DNA of 64,000 nucleotides from a virus (taxonomy: Duplodnaviria > Heunggongvirae > Uroviricota > Caudoviricetes), in the IMG/VR virus record IMGVR_UViG_3300044678_001935, positions 35,982-99,981 of that record, one strand, 5' to 3'. A program made the translations under genes and the position numbers. Below the pieces are notes generated by a model. The model saw nothing but the letters and a program-made list of their open reading frames with translations, made no database searches and had not been told where the DNA came from. The first letter of the stretch is position 1; each line of letters begins with the position of its first letter. Shown piece by piece: positions 40,581 to 48,809 of this stretch.

Positions 40581-41010
40581 ATCTTATTTGAAACCTCGCA
40601 TTTTGGACCAAGCAATCGCTGTGGCTATGGTAAGTAACGGATCTAAAAGAATTGGTGCGATTCTTCTTAAAAAGAATAAGATTGTCGCGGCAGCCTGTAA
40701 CAATTACGACAAATCAGATGCGTTTCAATTTAGGGCTTCCCAAAGAGCCTCTATCATATACAATAAACCAGAATATTCAAAACGTGTTTACGGGCACGCT
40801 GAAACCCTGGCTCTTAAAAAAATTAACGATGGTGACGCTGATACGATTGTAGTTTGCAGACTTTCTGGTAAACACAATTCTAAAAAACTGAGATTGGCTA
40901 GACCATGTAGAATTTGTTCTCATCTTATTCAAAATTTCTACCCCTCAATTCGGTATATCCATTATTCCACCGAAAGAGGATTTTTCTACGAGACTTGGGG
41001 TCTTATCTAA
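40567..41010 (+). CDS. zinc-dependent cytidine/deoxycytidylate (CDA-fold, TadA-like) deaminase
   Basis: HAETLAL (HAE zinc/catalytic motif) and PCRICSHLI (PCxxC zinc ligands) at the spacing typical of the CMP/dCMP deaminase fold. Confidence 0.55.
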   Translation: MIVLESYLKPRILDQAIAVAMVSNGSKRIGAILLKKNKIVAAACNNYDKSDAFQFRASQRASIIYNKPEYSKRVYGHAETLALKKINDGDADTIVVCRLSGKHNSKKLRLARPCRICSHLIQNFYPSIRYIHYSTERGFFYETWGLI

Positions 41011-41276
41011 TGAAAAAACTTTCTCTTAAAGAAACTCACACTCTTTTGAAGAAATACAATCATGTTATTTTTGACGAAGAAACCTCTGGGTTAAATTCAA
41101 AACTTAATGACGATGGGTTAATTATTACGTTAAAAAGTGGTAACAATAAGAGTGTTATGTTGTTTCCCCATGAAAAAAATGAGTCTGTTGAGATCACTAA
41201 AACCACAGTAACTCTTTATGATAGTATGGGTTGGGTTCATAATTTCATCCCCCTTATGAATGCCGACTTGATTTGA
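41010..41276 (+). CDS. small hypothetical protein
   Basis: In-frame ATG of track ORF 40914..41276, overlapping the deaminase stop by 1 nt (TAATG). Confidence 0.35.
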   Translation: MKKLSLKETHTLLKKYNHVIFDEETSGLNSKLNDDGLIITLKSGNNKSVMLFPHEKNESVEITKTTVTLYDSMGWVHNFIPLMNADLI

Positions 41277-41282
41277 ATTATT

Positions 41283-41609
41283 ATGAGTAATTATGAGCTA
41301 GCGAGGAGACGTAACACTCCACCAGAAGCATTATCACGTCTGGCTAATGATAAGGATTCTTATGTTCGTCGTGGGGTTGCATGGAATCCCAAGACCCCTC
41401 TAGAAACCTTAGATCGTCTGGCTAATGATAAGGATTCTTGGGTTCGTGGTGAGGTTGCATTTAATCCCAACACACCACCAGAAGTTTTAGAACGTCTGGC
41501 TAATGACGAGTATCGGTATGTTCGTCGTTTGGTTGCCAAAAATCCCAACACGCCACAATACATTAGAACATATCTTAAAATTACCGAGGTTTTGAATTAT
41601 TATGAGTAA
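41283..41609 (+). CDS. LRV/HEAT-like repeat protein
   Basis: MSNYELARRRNTPPEALSRLANDKDSYVRRGVA.. with C-terminal NPNTPQYIRTYLKITEVLNYYE. Confidence 0.55.
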   Translation: MSNYELARRRNTPPEALSRLANDKDSYVRRGVAWNPKTPLETLDRLANDKDSWVRGEVAFNPNTPPEVLERLANDEYRYVRRLVAKNPNTPQYIRTYLKITEVLNYYE

Positions 41610-41928
41610 TTATGAGCTAGCAGATAATCCCAACACCCCACCAGAAACATTAGAAAGTCTAGCGAATGACGATAATTGGTATGTTCGTAGCTGTGTGGCA
41701 TTTAATCCCAACACACCACCAGAAGCTTTAGAACGTCTGGCTGATGATGAGGATTTAAATGTTCGTTATTATGTTGCAAGAAATCCCAACACATTACCAG
41801 AAACCTTAGCTCGTCTGGCTAAGGATGAGGATTGTCGTGTTCGTCGTTGGGTTGCAAGAAATCCTAACACACCACAATACATCAAAGATTATCTTAAAAT
41901 CAAGGGGTTTTTGGGTTGTTATGAGTAA
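41602..41928 (+). CDS. LRV/HEAT-like repeat protein
   Basis: Starts at the conserved 8-nt overlap junction; four repeats. Confidence 0.55.
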   Translation: MSNYELADNPNTPPETLESLANDDNWYVRSCVAFNPNTPPEALERLADDEDLNVRYYVARNPNTLPETLARLAKDEDCRVRRWVARNPNTPQYIKDYLKIKGFLGCYE

Positions 41929-42100
41929 TATTGAACTAGCAGGAAATCCCAACACACCACCAGAAACCTTAGATCTTCTGGCTAATGATAATATTTGGAA
42001 TGTTCGTTATTTGGTTGCAAAAAATCCCAACACTCCACAATACATTAGAACATACCTTAAACTTCAAAGGACGATTGGTGGACTGTCCACAAGAAGTTGA
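41921..42100 (+). CDS. short LRV/HEAT-like repeat protein
   Basis: MSNIELAGNPNTPPETLDLLANDNIWNVRYLVAKNPNTPQYIRTYLK. The in-frame ATG sits at the junction TTATGAGTAATATTGA; the track ORF starts upstream at 41825. Confidence 0.4.
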   Translation: MSNIELAGNPNTPPETLDLLANDNIWNVRYLVAKNPNTPQYIRTYLKLQRTIGGLSTRS

Positions 42101-42435
42101 CAAACCAGGGATCTTGTGGTACTATTATTGAGTAGTGGGGAGTTACTCTTTTTATGATAACTTGAGATTTATGTTATGGGCTCTGCCCCGGCAGTGGCCT
42201 TCTAAGCCATTCCATTAAACGCCGGAAGGACGGTACGATGTTCGATTCATCCAGAGCCTGCTAAATGAAATAACTTATAGTTATTTACTAATCACACCTC
42301 ATTGGAGATATGATGCTCGGTTATTTAAAAAATGAGTTGAAGGCCAATCCTTAAACTGTCACACTAGACTTTGTTACAGCTAGACTTCGTGTTATGCTTT
42401 ACTTGCGAAACAATTCAACCCACCATTAATAAAAA

Positions 42436-42597
42436 ATGATTGTTCGTTTTCTTGGAATTACAGTTGGTATTTCTATCATTCTGTTTATTCTTTTTCTGAG
42501 AGGACTTCCGGTTCTTATTCTGTTGAAAGCAGTTCCTCTCATTGTCCTACTCCTGATTGGAGCTGCTTTCATCTATGCCGGAGTTACCTCCGATTAA
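42436..42597 (+). CDS. small integral membrane protein (NfeD-like partner candidate)
   Basis: 53 aa, almost entirely hydrophobic (two predicted TM helices), immediately upstream of the SPFH gene. It is below the 60-aa track threshold. Confidence 0.35.
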   Translation: MIVRFLGITVGISIILFILFLRGLPVLILLKAVPLIVLLLIGAAFIYAGVTSD

Positions 42598-42627
42598 TCC
42601 TGTTCTTTATTCTTTTTTAAAAACATT

Positions 42628-43437
42628 ATGTCTCTCGTAAAAGTTGGTATTGGTGCTGGAGCACTTCTTGGAGTTATTCTGCTTACTGCTGGACAATTCA
42701 CAACTATTAACACTGGTGAAAATGGATTATACATCGGATTTGATGGCCAGGTAAAAAATGAGATCCTTACTCCTGGTATCAAATATGATGGTCTAGGATC
42801 TATTAAAGTCTTCAACACCCGTAAGATTACTGTTACAGCAAATGATCTTCGTCCTAAAACAAAGGACAATACGATTATGAAGGAGATGGATGTGACTGTA
42901 ACTTACAGTATCAATCCTACTTCTCTGTATGAGTTCTATACGAATTATGATCTTACTAATCACGCAATTGGTGATGGTGGACAAGTTCAATTGATGTCTA
43001 GTTATATCTCTCGTCTGATTACATCCTCTGTTAATCAGTCGGTTGACGAGTTTCCTGCTCTTGCAGTAAATTCAAACTTGGAACAAATCCAAGACACTAT
43101 TAAGAATAATCTTTCAGGTGCACTCAAGAAGAACGGTCTGGAAGGTAAGATTACTATTGATTCAATTATCGTAGGTAAAGCCGACCTTCCCGATGACCTT
43201 GTTGCTTCTGTGAATCGTGTGGTTGCCGCCCAGTCTGCTAACAAAGAGCAACAAGTAAGGACTGAAACTGCTCAGTTGAAAGCGGAGGAAAACAAAGCTC
43301 TAGCATCTACAGTATCGTCACAATCACTTGAGTACCAAAGGAACGAAATTCTTCGTGCCGCGATGGAGAACGGAAGCATCCAGAAAATGCTTATTGTGAA
43401 TGGTACGCCTCTTCAGTTCTTCCCAACTGACAAATAA
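42628..43437 (+). CDS. SPFH/band-7 (stomatin/prohibitin-like) domain protein
   Basis: N-terminal TM helix followed by ..TINTGENGLYIGFDGQVKNEILTPGIKYDG..KITVTANDLRPKTKDNTIMKEMDVTVTYSINP, the SPFH pattern (..TKDN..v.vd..v.y.I.dp). Confidence 0.55.
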   Translation: MSLVKVGIGAGALLGVILLTAGQFTTINTGENGLYIGFDGQVKNEILTPGIKYDGLGSIKVFNTRKITVTANDLRPKTKDNTIMKEMDVTVTYSINPTSLYEFYTNYDLTNHAIGDGGQVQLMSSYISRLITSSVNQSVDEFPALAVNSNLEQIQDTIKNNLSGALKKNGLEGKITIDSIIVGKADLPDDLVASVNRVVAAQSANKEQQVRTETAQLKAEENKALASTVSSQSLEYQRNEILRAAMENGSIQKMLIVNGTPLQFFPTDK

Positions 43438-43508
43438 AAACTGATTGGTGATGATGGTTAAAATAATACTAACCATCATCACCCTTACGTTTCATAATTA
43501 TTTTTATA

Positions 43509-43895
43509 ATGAACTTCTTCAATAAAAACAAAAATAAAGATAAAGACACAACTCCAGAATGGGTCAAAGGTGTATGCGTGTTTCTTGAAATTCAAGAAAT
43601 CCCCGAGTGTAAAGATTGGGGTGTCGTTAATTCCTGTATTCTAATGGTAATTATGTCAGAATTTCCCGGACAATACATTGAAGATCATTGGGTTAATTTA
43701 AGAAATGGGAGTTCTTTATTAACCACAAGGTCATTTTTAGCTAGAGTCTTTATGACTGTTGCTACGAAAAAGTACAAAAAAGAATCATCTATTGAAAATA
43801 ATCTTTTCAATGTTGGGTTAGAATATAGCCGACTCCGGGATAACTTCAGAAACAAATTCTACGAGGCAGTAAACTATGGAAACACACGAGATTGA
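43509..43895 (+). CDS. hypothetical protein
   Basis: 128-aa ORF. Confidence 0.35.
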   Translation: MNFFNKNKNKDKDTTPEWVKGVCVFLEIQEIPECKDWGVVNSCILMVIMSEFPGQYIEDHWVNLRNGSSLLTTRSFLARVFMTVATKKYKKESSIENNLFNVGLEYSRLRDNFRNKFYEAVNYGNTRD

Positions 43896-44295
43896 AAATA
43901 AATTTTGGGACCTTGAATCTAATCTAAATGAGATTGAATCCAATTATTTGGATCTTGAAGAGCAGTTAGCACATTTTGTTACAGATTCGCTTCTACTTAT
44001 TGAAAACTTAGATCTTGAATCTTTGGCAATACCAATATTCGCTCAGAGTCTTATTATTCGTAATTACCGAGATTACAAATATCAAGATTTATTAAAAAAA
44101 TTACTGGTATCTAAAAATTTCACACCAGGCCTAATATACCGCACAAGAGAAATTTTTACAGAAAAAGAGTTTGAACCTTTTTTACAATACTTACTACAAA
44201 ATCCAAATTTAGACCAGTATGCAAGAGAATACTACACCAACCTAAAAAAATCTTATGACCGAAGACTTACTAGGGAACAAACTAAAAAAGCTTGA
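43876..44295 (+). CDS. hypothetical protein
   Basis: 139-aa ORF. Confidence 0.35.
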   Translation: METHEIENKFWDLESNLNEIESNYLDLEEQLAHFVTDSLLLIENLDLESLAIPIFAQSLIIRNYRDYKYQDLLKKLLVSKNFTPGLIYRTREIFTEKEFEPFLQYLLQNPNLDQYAREYYTNLKKSYDRRLTREQTKKA

Positions 44296-45025
44296 GCAAC
44301 TGGAGGCTGGGCGTTATGCCGATCCTTTTCTTCCACTCATGGCCAGAATTGATGGTAAGTGCTTCAGTAATTTCACTAGAAGTCTAAAACGTCCTTATGA
44401 CGAGAGATTTATTCGGCTTATGATAGCAACGACAAAATATCTTGTTGAAGAAAGTGAGGCTATTTTAGGTTATTGCCAATCTGATGAAATTACTCTTTAT
44501 TGGTACTTAGATAAAGAAAACTTTTCCAATAGAGAATTCTGGTTTCGTGGTAAGTTTCAGAAATTAACTTCTGTCTTAGCCTCAACTGCTAGCTCTTATT
44601 TTTGTGGTAATCTCGCACATTATTTACCAGAAAAGACTGGTAACTATCCAACCTTTGATACAAGAGTTTGGAGTGTTCCCGATTTGGAATGCGTTTATGA
44701 GAATTTTCTATGGCGGTTTAAGGATGCGAGAAAAAATTCTGTATCCATGTATGCAAGACATTTCTTTTCACCAAACCAGCTTTTTAAAAAGTCCTGTGAA
44801 GAAATGAAAGAAATGTTAGCGGTTATTCGTAGGCCGTGGGAAGAATTACCTAAATTCTTTACCGATGGGACGTATATTAAAAGACAAAAATTCTTATTGT
44901 CTCCTTATGATCCTAGATGGAATGACGTTCCCTCTCAATACCGGCCAACAAAACCTGTTGAGCGTACATTGGTTTCCGTTTGGGAACCAGAGACAACGGT
45001 ATCACTTGATTGGTTCACTTATTAA
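44255..45025 (+). CDS. Thg1-like protein (tRNA-His guanylyltransferase family 3'-5' nucleotidyltransferase)
   Basis: MARIDGKCFSNF..KRPYDERFIRLM aligns with the Thg1 region VRLDGRNFHRF..KPNDSRALQLM. GYCQSDEITLYW aligns with AYGQSDEYSFVF, SVLASTASSYF with HVASQFASSY, and the C-terminal FDTRVWSVPD...ENFLWRFKDARKNSVSMYARHFF with FDGRVVVYPS..LSWRQADCHINNLYNTVFW. Confidence 0.75.
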   Translation: MTEDLLGNKLKKLEQLEAGRYADPFLPLMARIDGKCFSNFTRSLKRPYDERFIRLMIATTKYLVEESEAILGYCQSDEITLYWYLDKENFSNREFWFRGKFQKLTSVLASTASSYFCGNLAHYLPEKTGNYPTFDTRVWSVPDLECVYENFLWRFKDARKNSVSMYARHFFSPNQLFKKSCEEMKEMLAVIRRPWEELPKFFTDGTYIKRQKFLLSPYDPRWNDVPSQYRPTKPVERTLVSVWEPETTVSLDWFTY

Positions 45026-45074
45026 ACTGGCACATCAGAAACCCGCTGACGCCTCTTGTGGTCTACAATAATCT
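45024..45074 (+). repeat. 51-bp direct repeat copy A (AAACTGGCACATCAGAAACCCGCTGACGCCTCTTGTGGTCTACAATAATCT)
   Basis: Copy B at 45357-45407 is identical except for one T/C difference. Each copy precedes a small ORF. Confidence 0.7.
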
Positions 45075-45096
45075 CACATTCAAAAAGGAAAAATTG

Positions 45097-45345
45097 ATGG
45101 CCAGTGTTGATGCAAAAGATTTGATGAATACACTCAGTAATATCTGGGTTGTAGAGTTCCGTGAGAGTGAGCTTGGTTGGGGTAGTCATACTTGGACTTT
45201 AATGTTTGACAATTATACAGAAGCTTCAAATGTAGTAAAAAACACTAACAAGGAAAATATTTCTAACACAGCCCCTGATTATTATATTCAGGCAAACCAA
45301 CCAAAATTGTTTGCAGATTATTATAAATTCAAACTGAGTTGCTAA
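45097..45345 (+). CDS. small hypothetical protein
   Basis: In-frame ATG downstream of repeat copy A with AAAAAGGAAAAA upstream. The track ORF starts at 45010 inside the repeat. Confidence 0.35.
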   Translation: MASVDAKDLMNTLSNIWVVEFRESELGWGSHTWTLMFDNYTEASNVVKNTNKENISNTAPDYYIQANQPKLFADYYKFKLSC

Positions 45346-45356
45346 GACCAATTCTT

Positions 45357-45407
45357 AAACTGGCACACCAGAAACCCGCTGACGCCTCTTGTGGTCTACA
45401 ATAATCT
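45357..45407 (+). repeat. 51-bp direct repeat copy B
   Basis: See copy A. It is followed by an ATG at 45427. Confidence 0.7.
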
Positions 45408-45426
45408 TACACAAACAGTCAACACC

Positions 45427-45609
45427 ATGCACACCATAGAACTTTTTACTTTTAAAGACGCTATACATCTTTTTAACATAGAAATGCAGATTGTTCCCAT
45501 TGCTGGAGATTATATTAAGTATAATTACATCTTATACAAAGTTATTGAAAGAGGTTTTGAAGTTTTTCCGGCTACAACTATTCGTCTTTACGTAGAAGAA
45601 ACCAAATGA
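45427..45609 (+). CDS. small hypothetical protein
   Basis: In-frame ATG within track ORF 45391..45609, downstream of repeat copy B. Confidence 0.3.
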   Translation: MHTIELFTFKDAIHLFNIEMQIVPIAGDYIKYNYILYKVIERGFEVFPATTIRLYVEETK

Positions 45610-46223
45610 ATTACACCGAAGAACAAGTTAAAGAAATCGTCAGAAATGTCATTTCTGAGATGCAATCTGTAAATGTTAAGGATCTTACACTTTACCAAAA
45701 AAGGGGTGTTGCAAGAAATCCCAATACAGCACCAGAAGTCTTAGACCGTCTGGCTAATGATAAGGATTCTTATGTTCGTTGGCAGGTTGCAGAAAATCCC
45801 AACACACCACCAGAGACCTTAGAACGTCTGGCTAATGATGACGATTATTGTGTTCGTTGGAGTGTTGCATTTAATCCCAACACACCACCAGAAACATTAG
45901 CTCGTCTAGCTAATGATGTGGATTATTGTGTTCGTACGCCGGTTGCATTTAATCCCAACACACCACCAGAAGTTTTAGAACGTCTGGCTAATGATAACGA
46001 TTCTGTGGTTCGTTATTATGTTGCAAGAAATCCCAACACATTAACAGAAACTTTAGAACGTTTGGCTAATGATAAGAGTTCTTCTGTTCGTGAATGTGTT
46101 GTACAAAATCCTAACTACAAACGGAAATCCAACAATAAGATCACTATTGAGCTTACAGAAGAACAGTTGTCTCAATTACGAAAATGTGCAGACATGTTCT
46201 CTGGTCTTTTAGGATCTGTATAA
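45606..46223 (+). CDS. LRV/HEAT-like repeat protein
   Basis: 205 aa with six 26-aa repeats, a unique N-terminal 30 aa and a unique C-terminal 35 aa (no NYYE tail). Confidence 0.55.
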   Translation: MNYTEEQVKEIVRNVISEMQSVNVKDLTLYQKRGVARNPNTAPEVLDRLANDKDSYVRWQVAENPNTPPETLERLANDDDYCVRWSVAFNPNTPPETLARLANDVDYCVRTPVAFNPNTPPEVLERLANDNDSVVRYYVARNPNTLTETLERLANDKSSSVRECVVQNPNYKRKSNNKITIELTEEQLSQLRKCADMFSGLLGSV

Positions 46224-46250
46224 CCTTACTACCATCGTATAAAAATTATT

Positions 46251-46505
46251 ATGGAAAAACTAAAATTCGTTGAAACCATTCTTGATCGGCTACAAGAATA
46301 TTCTATATCTCATCCACAACATGATACAGATGATGTGCTTAGCAAAGCACGAAAAGAACTTGAAAAACTTAATAAAAATTATGTTTTGATTGAAAACACT
46401 GAACATATTAAACTTTTGGACAATCAACGCACTCTTTATGCTCTTCATCGTGGTGGTGTTGATAATTGGGAATGGTATGACGAGTCTTTGAGCAGTTTGG
46501 ACTGA
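46251..46505 (+). CDS. hypothetical protein
   Basis: 84-aa ORF. Confidence 0.35.
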   Translation: MEKLKFVETILDRLQEYSISHPQHDTDDVLSKARKELEKLNKNYVLIENTEHIKLLDNQRTLYALHRGGVDNWEWYDESLSSLD

Positions 46506-46676
46506 CACTTTCAGAACCGTCCACAACCGCTTGACAATCCAGCCAATCCATGGTAGATTGAACAAGTTCAAAGATGAGGCAGCAATTCCTTTCTTCTGCA
46601 AATAGAAACAAAACTCATCTTGTATTAAGTTGATTCCGCATCAACAACAGCAAAAACATCAACTTGGAGATTAATT

Positions 46677-48140
46677 ATGACTTTTATGCAAGCTCTTTCT
46701 TCTGAAATGAACGTAACCACCACCGCTAATGGTGCCAAGGCTTACGAATCAACCGAAAATGAATGTCTTGATCTTTTCGGTTCAATTGGTGCCTGTCGCA
46801 ATAATATGTCTTTGGCTGAACGGTTGTTCTTTAATGCTTATAACCAACACCCAGAAACTGCCGCTAGAATTCTCTTCTACTCCCGCGATATTCGTGGAGC
46901 TAGTCAAGGTGAGCGAGCCGTATTTCGGGCTCTTATGCCGAAGTTCGCACAAAAGAATCCGACTGTTGCAAAAAAACTTGTTTCTTTGATTCCTTATTAT
47001 GGCCGATGGGATGATCTTCTATGTCTAGAAGGAACTCCTGTTTGGACAGAGGCTCTAGAAACTATTAAAGTTCAACTTAATGCAGATCTTAATAACAATA
47101 AGGTTTCTCTGGCAGCAAAATGGATGCCTAGTATCAATGCTTCAAGCAAAGAAAGCAAGCGTCTTGGTCGGATGATTGCGAATCATATGGGTTGGTCTGA
47201 ACGACAGTATCGTAAGAATCTTTCTACTCTTCGGGCGAAAATTAACATTGTTGAAACTCCGATGTGTGCCAAAGAGTGGGGACTTATCAATTATGAGAAT
47301 CTTCCTTCTCGTGCGGCGATGATGTACCGCAAAGCCTTTAAAAAGCACGATGAGACCCGATATAATAACTATCTCTCTAGTGTAGAGAAAGGTGAAGCGA
47401 AGATCAATGCTGGGACTCTGTTTCCTTATGATATTGTGAGCAAGTACCTCTACAAAGGTGCTCATAATGATAAAACTCTTGAGCTTCAATGGGATGCTCT
47501 TCCTAATTATATGGAAGGACTAGAGTTTAATGGTCTTGTTGTTGCAGACGTTTCAGGATCAATGACTTGCGCTGCTGGTATGCCATTGGCCGTTTCTATC
47601 TCACTTGCGATGTATATTGCCGAAAGAAATCCTTCAAGCGTTTGGAAAAATAAGTTCATCACTTTTTCTCAAAATCCAAAACTTCAATCTATTCTTGGTA
47701 ATAATATTGAAGAGAAAATTAGGTATCTCCAACGTGCTGAATGGGGAGTTAATACTGATCTAATGGCAGTATTCCGTACTGTTCTTGATGCTGCAACCAA
47801 TAATAATGTTGCACAATCAGATATGCCCCAGAAGCTAATTATCGTTTCCGATATGCAATTTGATAAGGCTTGTGCCTCAAATAAGCGAACTAATTTTGAG
47901 CAGATTCAGAAACTTTATCGTAAGGCTGGTTATGAAATGCCAGAACTCGTATTCTGGAATGTAAATGCTGGTGCAAATGTTCCAATTCAGGCCGATGATA
48001 ATGGAACCTGTCTTGTTTCGGGATGTAGTCCTGCTATTCTAAAGAGTGTTCTTAGTGGTAAAATCGTTTCTCCTATTGATGTTATGATGGAAAGTCTTTA
48101 TGTGGAACGATACGCTCCTATTGGTGAAGCGTTTGCATAA
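46677..48140 (+). CDS. von Willebrand factor A (vWA) domain protein (DUF2828-like architecture)
   Basis: MIDAS-type motif VVADVSGSM at the start of a C-terminal alpha/beta domain, after a long helical N-terminal region. Confidence 0.5.
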   Translation: MTFMQALSSEMNVTTTANGAKAYESTENECLDLFGSIGACRNNMSLAERLFFNAYNQHPETAARILFYSRDIRGASQGERAVFRALMPKFAQKNPTVAKKLVSLIPYYGRWDDLLCLEGTPVWTEALETIKVQLNADLNNNKVSLAAKWMPSINASSKESKRLGRMIANHMGWSERQYRKNLSTLRAKINIVETPMCAKEWGLINYENLPSRAAMMYRKAFKKHDETRYNNYLSSVEKGEAKINAGTLFPYDIVSKYLYKGAHNDKTLELQWDALPNYMEGLEFNGLVVADVSGSMTCAAGMPLAVSISLAMYIAERNPSSVWKNKFITFSQNPKLQSILGNNIEEKIRYLQRAEWGVNTDLMAVFRTVLDAATNNNVAQSDMPQKLIIVSDMQFDKACASNKRTNFEQIQKLYRKAGYEMPELVFWNVNAGANVPIQADDNGTCLVSGCSPAILKSVLSGKIVSPIDVMMESLYVERYAPIGEAFA

Positions 48141-48207
48141 TTAAATTTCTTAAGATGGTTCAGCAATTCTCATATGTTTTGGGTACATAAAAGACCATCT
48201 TGTTTAA

Positions 48208-48322
48208 AGAGCGAGTAGCTCAGGGGTAGAGCAACGTAATAACAAATCTCGTTTGAGATTTTAACAGCAATCAAAACCGCATGTTAAGCCGTAGGCCCCA
48301 GGTTCAAATCCTGGCTCGCTCA
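48208..48322 (+). tRNA. tRNA-like gene with a roughly 42-nt insertion between the D and T arms (isotype unresolved)
   Basis: Perfect 7-bp acceptor GAGCGAG/CTCGCTC, D arm GCTC-AGGGGTA-GAGC and T arm CCAGG-TTCAAAT-CCTGG. The central region is 65 nt instead of about 23 and contains the hairpin AAATCTC-GTTT-GAGATTT (48243-48260). Confidence 0.4.
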
Positions 48323-48433
48323 TCAGATGATTCAGCAATTATCTCTTCGCTAGGAAAACAAAATCATCTAGTTAAACAATTTTATCAATTCTCAAAAAAT
48401 GTTCAATTTCGTTATTAATACTAAATAACCAAC

Positions 48434-48507
48434 AGCGGGCGAGTGTAACGGTAGTCACGTCGGGCTCATAACCCGGAGGAATATGGGTTCAATTCCCAGG
48501 TCCGCCA
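48434..48507 (+). tRNA. tRNA-Met (CAT), initiator-like
   Basis: Anticodon arm TCGGG-CTCATAA-CCCGG is the same as E. coli tRNA-fMet through its three G-C pairs. There is an A1·C72 mismatch at the acceptor end, T loop TTCAATT and acceptor 3' GTCCGCC. Confidence 0.55.
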
Positions 48508-48572
48508 TCAGATGATTCAGCAATTTCAAAACTTCTTATTGGTTAGAAAAACAAAAATCATCTAGTCTTATT

Positions 48573-48693
48573 ACGAGAGTAGCCCAATTGGTTGAGGTGA
48601 GCGTAAGAAACAAAAATGATCTAGACAGATCATTCAGCAATAATACACTTTCTAAGGAACGCTTTGATGTCAGTTCAAATCTGACCTCTCGTA
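48573..48693 (+). tRNA. tRNA-like gene with a roughly 49-nt insertion in the anticodon-loop region (isotype unresolved)
   Basis: Perfect acceptor ACGAGAG/CTCTCGT and T arm GTCAG-TTCAAAT-CTGAC. A candidate anticodon stem GAGCG/CGCTT encloses 56 nt that include the hairpin AATGATCT-AGAC-AGATCATT (48614-48633). Confidence 0.35.
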
Positions 48694-48809
48694 TTTGGTA
48701 GTCGCTAGACACATAGCCTAGAAAGACGCCATATTTTCATTATAAATACAACCAACAGACTTTAACACTACAAAACGATCACTTAGTCTGTGTGATCTGA
48801 AAGAAACAA

